Assembly: GCA_002633005.1 (NCBI GenBank) | Contig: NMRA01000857.1 | Span: 16,012-55,928 of the forward strand | Length of the DNA stretch: 39,917 nt | Source: Phoronis australis | Taxonomy: Eukaryota > Animalia > Phoronida | Direction: 5' to 3' | Shown here: piece after piece, positions 1 to 11,400 of the stretch | Layout: the number at the start of each line of letters is the position of its first letter | Position numbering within the stretch: the first letter of the stretch is position 1 | Translations under genes and position numbers: made by a program | Notes under the pieces: generated by a model | Told to the model about the DNA's origin: nothing | Seen by the model: the letters and a program-made list of their open reading frames with translations, nothing else | Database searches by the model: none

Positions 1-641
1 GGAAATTTTTCTGTTTTTACCTCTATAAATCAAGCATTTTCCTTGATTCCTGAAGTATTATCCAAGAAAAAAAGGCAAGAAAAAAACACGGAGAACGTGT
101 CAAACAGGAAAAAAATGCTGGTATCGAAGACTCGAACTCACGACCTGACGGTTAGAGCGCACGTACGTTACCACTGCACCACCACGACTTTTAAGTTAAA
201 ACTACAACATGCATATTGAAAGACTTACTTGTTTATGGGCCACAGCGTTTGCGCGCGAAACTTACTTTTTTGTAATGCTTATTACACGTTTTATATTTTG
301 TGCCATCAACAAATTTGTCGTATTTGAAATAGCCTTCAAAAAATGCCCAAAAGACCAAATCCATTTTTCGTGTTGGCAATAATGACGGGATTGCTTTGGA
401 AACCGTCTTAAGATAAGGTTTGACAAAGAGAGTATTGCCACTTTCTGAGTGATTCACTAAGGCTTCGATTAAAATTCACATCTCACCAGCAGCTTCTGTT
501 TTTTCATCGTCACTCAGGTTCCACTTTCTTTAAAAAATGAAGTAAATTATCTTCATTGCACAGTGGAGCAGACGACGGAAACGGAGTCGTAGTGCACAGC
601 GCCGCTGCCGGTCGCATAGGATATCGCGGGAGATTCTATAC
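1..641. mobile_element. Dispersed repeat, near-identical to 31395-32048 (left end outside the window)
   Basis: Collinear match from GGAAATTTTTCTGTTTTTACCTCTA to GGATATCGCGGGAGATTCTATAC with the copy at 31395-32048; only scattered substitutions and small indels. Confidence 0.9.
129..186 (-). other. tRNA-derived (SINE-head-like) Pol III promoter remnant inside the repeat
   Basis: Minus strand reads GTGGTGGTGCAGTGGTAAC (A box) ... GCTCTAACCGTC ... GTGAGTTCGAGTC (B box); no intact acceptor stem. Confidence 0.65.
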
Positions 642-1164
642 AGGTGAACGTCGCTCTGAGTGGTGAACGCCGCTCTGTGTGGTGAACATTTTTTGGAGCT
701 GCTACAAACCATTCTTGTCAGTACAACTTTGATTTAGACCTGTCACCATTATACCAATCCTAGCCTGTGTAGTTCTCAGATTAGAAGTAATTGTTCATTA
801 TTATTACTTGAAATGAGCCTCAGGCCCAGGCAAGTCATTTTATACGCCACGCATGGCATGGCATGGCAAGTGTGCTCAGTTTGCCAGTTCTTTCACACAG
901 CATCACCTGTACTTCATTATCCGGTCGCTCAAGGAAGAATAAGCAAATAAAGGATGCTGTGTTGTCATGAAAAATTTTACACTCAATTTCACGGAAAGGT
1001 ATTCCAACAATGACATCAACTTAGTCAGAAATAATTTCTAAGTTTTTTCCTAACTTGGAATCTATCACGCGTTTTTACTGGTTAGTTTCAATATTTTTAT
1101 CAAGAATTTGTTACTTTGAGCTGGTCGTCTCTGCAACCTGCCAACCTTCCCACTTCCATTTCAG

Positions 1165-1367
1165 CCTACCAGCAGAGCCCTGGAGGAGCGATGGCTGTGC
1201 GCACGACCAACTTCACTCAGATCACATCAGTAGCCCTGAGCATGCGTTCGCTCAACAAGACTACGTTCAACCTGGACAAGGTGCCCTTCCTGTCGCCCCT
1301 GCAGGGTCTTATTCACCTCAAGCTGAGGTGCCTCATGGAGGTGAACATTGAGGAGAGGGGGTTCCTG
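1165..1367 (+). CDS. ANLN: Anillin, internal exon (end of anillin-homology domain, start of PH domain)
   Basis: Acceptor CCTTCCCACTTCCATTTCAG (ends 1164), donor GTGAGT at 1368. Encodes YQQSPGGAMAVRTTNFTQITSVALSMRSLNKTTFNLDKVPFLSPLQGLIHLKLRCLMEVNIEERGFL, matching anillin SPGG..AVRTSNF..LDKVPFLS..VEERGFL. Confidence 0.9.
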
Positions 1368-1407
1368 GTGAGTCTGGTGCAAAATCTCGTCACTTGTTAG
1401 ACTGCCC

Positions 1408-1660
1408 NNNNNNNNNNNNNNNNNNNNNNNNNNNNNNNNNNNNNNNNNNNNNNNNNNNNNNNNNNNNNNNNNNNNNNNNNNNNNNNNNNNNNNNNNNNNN
1501 NNNNNNNNNNNNNNNNNNNNNNNNNNNNNNNNNNNNNNNNNNNNNNNNNNNNNNNNNNNNNNNNNNNNNNNNNNNNNNNNNNNNNNNNNNNNNNNNNNNN
1601 NNNNNNNNNNNNNNNNNNNNNNNNNNNNNNNNNNNNNNNNNNNNNNNNNNNNNNNNNNNN
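1408..1660. other. Assembly gap (253 N) hiding the anillin PH-domain exon(s)
   Basis: Run of N between two anillin exons. Confidence 0.95.
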
Positions 1661-1662
1661 AG

Positions 1663-1792
1663 ACACATGTTGTCAGCGGACACCAGAGACGACCGCGTAC
1701 AATGGTGCAACAAACTGAACGAGGCACTCAAGAACCTGCGCATGTGGTACTCGGAAGCACTTCACCCCGTGCCAAAAGGTGTCGCTGTCTAG
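1663..1792 (+). CDS. ANLN: Anillin, terminal coding exon (C-terminal PH helix)
   Basis: HMLSADTRDDRVQWCNKLNEALKNLRMWYSEALHPVPKGVAV* resembles the anillin C-terminus [27 protein letters not shown]. AG at 1661-1662 is taken as the acceptor, but it abuts the gap. Confidence 0.88.
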
Positions 1793-2575
1793 ACTCGGAT
1801 CTCTACATAAGCCGGGGGGCTTTCGTCGATTGGTCGTTTACACCAGCGAGATTATAATGCATTTTATTTACATTACCGTTTGTAATAAGAGCTTCAACAT
1901 TGTTAATCACAGCATTTTATCACATTATTCATTACTTGACTAGATTTTGTTCCGAAGAACATCTCACCCAATGTTAATTATTTATGTTATATTATTATTA
2001 TTATTACCCCCATGTCGTGCCACTATTACTTTTATCTGGTTTGAGGTTTTCACTATATAAAGCCTACAGAAAACTAACAAGTTCATTGACAGTTGTGTGG
2101 TCTGGTATAGGTGATGTTTGAGGTATCGTTTATAGGCTGGTATTTGACACGGTGTTGAGTCTTTCGTAAAATTAAATGCAAAATATCACCGTGAATGCAC
2201 ACAATAACTTTAAACAGCAATGTGTCATATGTATGTAGACATACAACAGCAAGGTGTTGCTTCAGTCTTAAATTGTTAATATGTTTGTAGATAGTGTGTA
2301 TATTACATGTAAACTAGAAATGTTCAAATGTTTTACGTGCTATCAATAGTTGCTTGATTGATTGTGAATGTTGTGCAAAGTGTCAGTGAGACCAGTGAAT
2401 GTGAGACTGATATACTTCGTGCAGAAACAATGGACAAAACCTGGACTTCTGCTGCCAGACTGGCCGAGACTACTGCTTGTTAACACTGCATGCGATAGGT
2501 GTTCCAACAGGTCTTTGTAGATAGGTCAGAGGTGCAGATATTGGTGTTGGATGTCATAATGTGTATACGTTTTAG

Positions 2576-2581
2576 AATAAA
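2576..2581 (+). terminator. Candidate polyadenylation signal for anillin
   Basis: AATAAA about 780 nt after the stop, followed by ATTAAA and a T-rich tract; an alternative AATAAA lies at 4068. Confidence 0.4.
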
Positions 2582-3373
2582 TTGTAGATACCCAATTAAA
2601 GTTTATTTTTAATTTCAATGCCATTGTTAAATACATATATAATCAAACATTGCACCATACTCTCAACTCTGAGCTGAGGATATTTCTGGGTTTTCTTGTG
2701 AGATTGGGAAAAAAGACAACACTAAAGTTCAGCTCTGATAGCAAAATTCTACACAGCATGTGTCGTGTTTATTCCAGCTAACATCAATTGGTTTCAGTGA
2801 TGTGTGGGATCCAAGAAACGTCCACATTTGTCCAATTTCAGAACGTCATATCTCAGAAATGATTGGCTTCATATGAAACTAAAATACTACGCTTTGTGAA
2901 CTGTTCTCCAAAACACCGCTGGCAATTGTTTTTAAACTGCTCCACTTCTCTGCTATCGAATATTGGACTTTTATGAAAAATATCAAGTTGCATGAAATGA
3001 GAACAAAATGATGATTTGGAAACCAAGCGTTTTTGAGATTTCATCTTTAACATTAATGTATTAAACAAAATTTGGACGTGATATTGATACTGCTATTGGT
3101 GTAGTTTTGTTATATTGATGTACCTTTATTTTATGCTAAATTTTACTAGACAGTCTTGCGACACAATAGTAGCATACTGATAAAGTCTGGCTTTTTACTT
3201 TCAGAAAGCAGTATACTTTTAGTGCCAAAATCTTAAGTTTTGTAAAAACCAGAGTAGTTGCCAAAGTACACAGACTAGTCAATAAGGTCTTACATCAGCT
3301 GAAGTGGAAATGCATATCTGATCAAGAACTCATAACGGCAATTCCAAGCTAACTAGTGGAGGACATGCTTAGT

Positions 3374-3940
3374 AGGTATGTTCCAGTAAAATCCGTGTGG
3401 AAGGAGGGGGAGAAGGCAATTGAAATAAAAATTTATGGGTGGTTGTGTTTGATTTTAAGTTCAAACTGGCTGGTGGTCGTACTTCAAAAAAATAAAAATT
3501 TACAGGTCATTTCATTGTGCCATAAATGTTTGATGGTGGGTAATTTCTAATCAGTAAGTTTTATAAACAATCCGCACAGAATCAACAACTAAAATAAAAA
3601 CGCAACTTGCAAAAAGCTCAGACTTTTTCACTCCCTCCGATCTCCCCATCAGCATGCCCATAACACCAGTCAACCACAGGCGCTCGAATTTCTCGACGGC
3701 TAATAACCACATATAAGAAACATATGTTCTCTTAGTAATGAATAACATCAGTGGTTATTGAGGAACAGATAAACTCAAGTGCCTGTGCAGTCAACCACAA
3801 GGACAACAAAAAAATTACGGGTGGTTGCATTTCAAACTTATAAAAAATTACAGGTGGGCTGAAGAAATAAATGAAAAATATGGCTGGTGGGTGCGAAAAA
3901 AGTGCCTTCCCTCCCATATAGATTTTACTGGAACAGCCCT
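3374..3940. mobile_element. Non-autonomous DNA transposon (MITE), Harbinger-like termini
   Basis: Left AGGTATGTTCCAGTAAAATC..GAAGGCA versus reverse complement of right end AGGGCTGTTCCAGTAAAATC..GAAGGCA; no coding capacity. Confidence 0.7.
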
Positions 3941-5250
3941 GTGTGAAAAGTCAGCCAACAAAGCAACAATTACGATCTCTGGACTTGGAAGCATATTTCA
4001 TTAGTTACATTGAATTCCAAATCTGTTCATCCATTCAGACTACGGTTTCTTGACTGCATGGAAGTCCAATAAAAATTCATTTGACACTTGCACCTGCTAA
4101 TTAATACATGTGATAAAGTATCTGTAAAGCGAACAAAACATTCTCAAATTATTTGTTGATATTCATATTGATACTTCGGTTTTGAATACACCAGATTACC
4201 TTTCACACTAACAGAAACTACACGTTGACATCAGTGCGAAAGATATTTTTAAATTAGTGATAGTACTGCGAACACCTCACTGTGCTGCCATATAATGGGC
4301 TTGTGCTCATAATGAATGGCACAGCCAGAGTTATCTTAGTCATTTAATTGGCCCTGTAGTATGCAGTGGATTATGAATAGGGGATTGGGGTATGTTTTTG
4401 TAAAGATGAAGTTTCAGTTTCCGAATCATTTTGTACTTTTAGTCTAAGCATATTTGAGTACATTTATACTGCATGGTAAAATTGTATTACATGATAAAAC
4501 TTACAGTTAAATATTAAAGAAATTTTACATTTTTGGAGCTCTGAAAGTTCAGGTTTGAGTTTGCAGGTTCAGTTGAAAAGCGCATTCAAAGAGGAGAAAT
4601 TAAAATGGCCACACAATCTCAAGAAAATATGAGTGTTAACATTACAAACTAATTACAAAGTGGGTGGTGGGTGATAATATTGAAACGCAAATAGGGGGTG
4701 AGGATGAAAAAGCCCATTCCCCCTCCCATGCGTAATTTGCTGAAACAGTTCTAAAGTTTCACACACAAATGCAGGCCGCCAATTCCTGATATAGACAGTT
4801 TCTCTCATCTAGGCACACGGGCCTCAGTTCCAGTGAAATCCTGGGGAAAAAGGTAATCTCCTAACTCCCACTCGGCTCACACTCCAAACTCAACCCACCA
4901 TGCCGCACTATTTTTGTACAAATTTGTATGTTCACTCCACATACACAATGCAATATGGCAGTTATCGAATCGCATAATTTAAAGTACAGAGATTAAAACA
5001 CTGGCCCAGGTTTACTGACAATTCGAGGGATTTCCTCTATGGCACTTATCATTTTTCAAATGTATTTTGGGACGGCTGTCAACTCATACACATGTTGTTA
5101 CGTCACATCATCATCAACACCAACCCAGGATGATTTACAGTTAAGTAGATGAACTTCACCAATTTTCCCCATCATTCTTCTAAAAACCAAAAGACGTTCT
5201 CACAGGATTAGCACAGTACCATTTGATATTCATAGAAAAAAAGTTCAATG

Positions 5251-5494
5251 CTACCTAATTTCTTCAGCCCAGTTCCAGGGGATGTACATGTTACCATTCT
5301 GCATCACAGTGTAATACACAGAGACCACAATACAGCATCCTTTTAAGGAGACTTGGATCTCATAGGGATTGTCAATTAAGTCCATACAACACTTGATCAT
5401 CATGGCTACAGTGATGTTACTGTCCTTCTTTAGAGACTGCAGTTGATAACTCTCGACCACTCGAAGCACAAGTTCTGTCTCCGTCTTCTGATTA
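5251..5494 (-). CDS. TCAIM: TCAIM exon 10 (last coding exon)
   Basis: Acceptor TTATTTCCAG; NQKTETELVLRVVESYQLQSLKKDSNITVAMMIKCC...YYTVMQNGNMYIPWNWAEEIR*. Confidence 0.9.
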
Positions 5495-8400
5495 CTGGAA
5501 ATAACGGAAATGTTTGAAACCCCAAGTGTTTTTCCCAAGGCTCCAAAAATCTAAATTTCATTCAACGTAACCTTTAAATGCAAATTCTTGAAAATTTCTG
5601 ACAATAAGCTTGCACAATAATGAAGAACAGTCAAACAGTTAATCGATATAACAAGAACAATGTATAGTGTTGAAATGCGCAAACGACGGCACCACAAACA
5701 AAGTGATTCTAGAATTATCTATAAGTATAATAAACTGGTCACACAACAGCGCAAAATACATTCAAACTCGTCTAAAAAGGGGAAAGCATCATCTACCTAA
5801 TACAAACTATTTCCCAATTTCAAGAAAATCCGTCAAGGAATTCCAAAGATACAGAGGCACTCAAAGGCACCCACGCCTGCACCACAAACGGTATGCTTGT
5901 AGGAATGTTCATTAGTATCAAACATGACTACTAGGTAGGACAGAAAACGTTGAACTTGTTCAAAAATGAGAAGCCTCGAGACACACTAGTAGTCAGGTCC
6001 ATCCGAAAAAAAGTTGTGAACTGTTGCCACATTCATAGGAACTCACTTGTCATATTGGGGGCACTGCAGTAGATGGACCTATACGAAAAGCAACGTCATG
6101 TCATGCCATTGTTAATGAGAAAACATCTGCCAATTTCTCATTGCTAGTTCCAGAATTTGGTGGATAGAGGCAAAATAAAAGAAGTGCAACGTGAAGCGTT
6201 GAAATGCGCCCATGACAGCAACGCATCGTCATCTGTTGCCATGTCTACAGGAGCCCATCTACTACATTTCACAATGATCGTTCAAAGCGTTAGAGATACA
6301 GTCGTAGATGCAAAATTGCCCCTAGGGTGCGCCAGCATAGTCGAAACCATCTGAAAATCCATGTCAGCCAGGATCTTCACATCAGGAATACAACCATCAA
6401 CTTTCATAATGAGAGGCAGACATCAAAATCATATTAAGCAAAATTTTTAATTGGCCACCAGGTGGCGCAGAAAACATAAAGTCCGTAAATCTATTTTTCT
6501 CATGGACAAAATATCACAGCAAGTTCATTTTAGAGAAACAACTCCTACCATCATGTCATGAAAATAGCATTTACAGGCCATGTCACACAAAGACTAGTCT
6601 AGACCAGGTACTTTACAACATCCAAGCAGCATGTAAAGCCTATTCATAGAAAATACATGCTGGAGTTAACTGAGCGAGTAAATTTTTGTTAGAAAGTAGT
6701 GGGCCTTTAATCATTTCCATCAAATTAGTTGTATTGCATTAGAAACACAAAGGGTATGGTAATGGGCCGTCTGCTGGTGATGGTGGTGACTGAGGCGTCA
6801 TTTGAAAAACGCACTTTAAAAATCCTGATGTACCTACTTGTACACATCCTTGGCTGTCTGTGCAGCTACTACAGCATTGTCACTGATGAAGTCAACGATG
6901 AGTTGAGCTGGATGTAGGTACGGAAGCCTGAACAATCCCGATGAGTCGACATGACATGAGCCTGAACTGAAATGAACGGTAAAGCAGACGGTGAGTAGAG
7001 CCAACGCATCAGCTCTCCTTGAAGTGAAGGTCCATTAAAAGTTGTTTTTCGGATTCTGAAAAATGAACATAAATCAGAAGAAATTTCCGAAATAGGGGCA
7101 AAATACTTTAACGTCGAGTGTGCTAGTGCAAACAAAATTAAATTCCCATGGGTACTTAAGGTCGTACCAGGTTATAATTCGCTTTTTTTCTTTGCTTTTT
7201 TTGTAACAGTAACGAATCAAGTCGTCTGCCATCTTAAGCTCACAGATTTTGCTTATGAATGTGAACCGTGTATTTGGGGGCAGCTGTGTCAAACAATGCG
7301 TGTATTCAGTCCGTTTTGAAAGAGTGTGCTAACATGCCCTCATTTATCTCGGCTGCCTAAGTGCAGCCAGATACGTCTGAGGAACTGCCAAGAACAAACG
7401 TGTTGTAGTATCTCCACTTTCCTTAAGGACTCGCTAAGTGTTAATACTTAGGATCCACTACCATGTCATTTTTGCTGAAAAATTTATTTTTGTGATCTCT
7501 GTTTGGACATGTGTGGGTCACTGTCTGCTGTGCAAGGCCAGTGTGATGTGTCTGCCACTAAATTCTATATTTTCGATATACACACCTACAACCCTGGTTT
7601 AATGTTATCCACCTCACTAACTTTCCTGTTAATCAGCTTTTATTCTTGGTAATGGAGGAAGACTAGACTGACAATGAATTCGGCTTCCACCCAGCCGGCA
7701 TGACTGGTTCATTTTGTCTGAATACTTTTGCCTTATACTGTAAGTGTCTTCTGCTCCTCTGAGATTGGCTTGTACTGTAAGTGTCTTCTGCTCCTCTGAG
7801 ATTGGCTTGTACTGTAAGTGTCTTCTGCTCCTCTGAGATTGGCTTGTACTGTAAGTGTCTTCTGCTCCTCTGAGATTGGCCTTAGTATTTGATGTATGTA
7901 AGAAAGTGCATGAACATGCAAGTAGAACCCCAAAACGATTTTCAAGGGTGTGTTGATATATACATCTGACAATACATACATAACCGTACACAGAAGTCAA
8001 AATACCTTTCAATAGCTATGTTCAGATGACTAGAGTCCTTCGGCAAGCTTGATGTGTCTACATGCAACATAGCACTCAGGAGGGTCTTTAGCTGTTCTTC
8101 GTACACAGAAGCCTGTAGGTGGGTATGTTGATTACACGTTGTGATCTCTACGCCATGTAGTATTCGCGAGAGCCTTTTTTCTGAAGACGGTATTCGCTTC
8201 AAGGTTTCTAACTGATGTTCAACAGTTGACAGGACCTAAATTTAGAATGCAGTTCTAATATAATACTGATTAAGTAGTAATCATGATCTCTTAGACAGTT
8301 TACAAAATATAATATACAGAGGCATTTTAGAAAAAACAAAGTTTTCAATACGGTTTCCATGTTTTTCAAGACTTAGTCATAAAATGGTATAAGTTATCAG

Positions 8401-11400
8401 TTCTGAACTCACAGTACATCAAACCATCAATGTTTCTGTTTAAAAATAAAATTCTCAACTACGTTCTTGGTGTTACAGACAAACGCCCACACTCAAATCA
8501 TTCCTTTGCTTTCGCTCACAAAGGATTGATATCTACAGAAGCTCCAACCATAACTTTAGGGACCAAATACCCATACTCAATCATTGATCTAATTTTCTAA
8601 GAGTTGATATTCCCAGAATTAGAACAAGCATGACTTTAGGGACTGTTACTGCCAAATACCCATACTCAATCATTGATCTAATTTTCTAAGAGTTGATATT
8701 CCCAGAATTAGAACAAGCATGACTTTAGGGACCAAATACCCATACTCAATCATTGATCCAATTTTCTAAGAGTTGATATTCCCAGAATTGGAACAAGCAT
8801 GACTTTAGGGACCAAATACCCATACTCAATCATTGATCCAATTTTCTAAGAGTTGATATTCCCAGAGTTAGAACAAGCATGACTTTAGGGACCAAATACC
8901 CATACTCAATCATTGATCCAATTTTCTAAGAGTTGATATTCCCATGACTTTAGTACTCACCCTCCACCACTGCTGAGGAACCTCTTCACTTGATAGTAAT
9001 AGCTCTCCATGAACACTTACACCAGAGTGAGCTCCAAACACCACTGTTCTGTCTGAAAAACAGCACCACCTAGTGTAACATAGAGAAACTTGAGATTGTC
9101 CAGCAATAACTGATTACATTATCATAGGAATGCACGATACATTATTTTTTGCAAAGAGAATCCAACTGATATAAGAAGTTCCACATGATATCACTGCCCT
9201 TGGTGGTGAGGTAATTTATTCAGTCAAAAAATGCAAATAAGAAAGCTTGCATTTCACAGTAGCACAATAAACTTGTAAAGCCTTCAACAAAGACTGCATT
9301 ACTCATCTTTTCAACAGCTCATAAGATTAGATTGTGAAAGGCGAAGAATATGTGCACAACATCATTAGTAAGACCTACCTCTGAGGCATGGGTGAACGTC
9401 AACCATTCTCTGGAATGCCCCGAGGCAGGCCAAGAACTGTGTAGTATTCCATCCGCTATCCCATCTAATGTCTGCCAGGCCTGTCAATAATCATTGACTT
9501 GAACTTTAGTTAAATAACTAGGGCTTGGTATGAACAATGACAAACGAGAGGAAAACTTTCCAGGTGATGTATCCTTCCCAGTGTGATAGAAATACCTTGG
9601 TGTCGTAAAATTTAACTGTAATAAATGTTTTTGCATGAATAAAGACAAATTAATGACAAAACAGAGATGAAAAAGAGGAAACTTGAAATCAAATAGGAGA
9701 AAATCGAAACCAAAAAAGACGAAATCCTCTTAAAAGAGGAAAATTCTAAGCACTGAATAAAGGGGAAACGAACTCATGTATTCTGCCAAAAACAACTTTT
9801 GATTTCGCCACTTACTGTTATAAAATTGGCCTCATCTTGTTCTGTACTCGGAGTAGAAATGGTTTATAGGCTTGAGAATAACTGACAGGTGGTTACTGCT
9901 TCAGACCACGTCCACAAGTTGCTTATCATGACAGGTTAGTTTCAGTTTCCCAATGAGCGTGTCCGTCAGGGGACCACAGGGGATTTGTTGTAACCAATTT
10001 CAATTCAATCAAATGATGAGAATCCCATGACACTGCCAACTGACCCCCGTGAAAGGCCTACCACACAATCGGTTTCAACAGTGAGGTGGTTAGGTTACTC
10101 GTTAGAGCCCATGCAGGTAATATTGACGCGTGACTTTTGTAAAAAATCCAACCTAACAGAAAATGGCTTACAAACCACAACATAACATCAAGCCTGCTTG
10201 TGAGAGTTGCTGGTCAAGAGCACAACAACCACATGGCAATGGAAGATATCACCTAATTCATTTCTAGCATGAAAGATCAGTTAAAAACAGTCACCCACCC
10301 ACAAACAATATTTTTCTTAGAGAGACAAGTTAAGCGTGACCTCCCTGTTCAACTAGGTCAATCTTGTTTTGGTATTCTTATGCAAGATCTATAATTTGTG
10401 TTGCTTATCAAATCAAAAAAAACATTGAAACAAGAAAATAGTAGAAAACATTTACAATAAATTAATTGTCATGTTCATATATTTTACAAATACGCAACAT
10501 CAACTGAGAACTATTTTGTTATGACCTAATGAATGAGTGCTTAGTCTCAGCCACATGACTTTCTGTTCATGAAGGATTATGCATGATAATTACAAAGAAA
10601 TTAACCCCAGTATTCAGATATCGCTCTCATAACCACATGCCATAGTGAGATTTTCAAGACAAATTATGATGGGTTAAGTCACTTAGTATTATAATTTTGT
10701 CTTTTCAAACAGGAAAAATGCCATGGTTACTAGTACTGCTCAAAAGGATACTAAATCATGTTTTGATGATTTCAACCAATCCTCATTCTGTCACCTGCTG
10801 ACGCATCATTGGCATCAATCTTCCAAGTTAAAGGCAGAAATCAACAAAAAACTCACAGATTAGACATAAAGGTCCTTGGTGTCTTCTCCCACAGTTGTCG
10901 TGTAATTCCCTAAAAGCATAGGTGACGCTTGCCATTCATCAGACTTGAGAGGAGTTTTCAAATATTCCTCCAAACTTTTGAGAATTGTCGGGGGTGACAG
11001 AGCATTATTTTGTTTCGGAGAACTGGATGGGAAATTCGTTTTTAGTATCTGTTCATAGCCCATAACTGGGTTTGGTATCCTTTTAAAACACTGCATAATG
11101 GACATTACCATGATAACCCACCTAACTGCTGACACAAGTCATTACAGATCCTGTCAGCCTCATCAAGCAGTGGTTTATTTATCAACTGAAGATCAATCGC
11201 TTTTGGCACATTGGTCCTCATCCATGTCCTACAGAAAAAGAAATGGATTGCTTAGGTTATGGGTGAAGTTATCAGCAAGTTTGCACCTTTGTCCAACTAT
11301 CAGCAAACTGAAGGTATATTTTTCCGAAAACAGAAATTGTGTGATTTTGAGCTTTTTTCCAATCTGCAATTGATTGGGTCACATGACTATAACTTTTCAT

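Noticed and set aside
129-186. Amber-suppressor tRNA (CTA in the anticodon position)
   Set aside because: No intact acceptor or anticodon stem; the sister copy has CTC, so this is a point mutation in a tRNA-Glu-derived repeat.
1116-1164. Extending the anillin exon upstream to follow the listed ORF
   Set aside because: This stretch is a polypyrimidine tract ending in a strong TTTCAG acceptor at 1164.
1227-1743. Long ORFs crossing the first gap (also those at 26581-27369)
   Set aside because: They are open only because N codons contain no stops.
7736-8953. 37-bp and 80-bp repeats as CRISPR arrays
   Set aside because: Units are contiguous with no unique spacers, lie in spliceosomal introns, and no cas genes are present.
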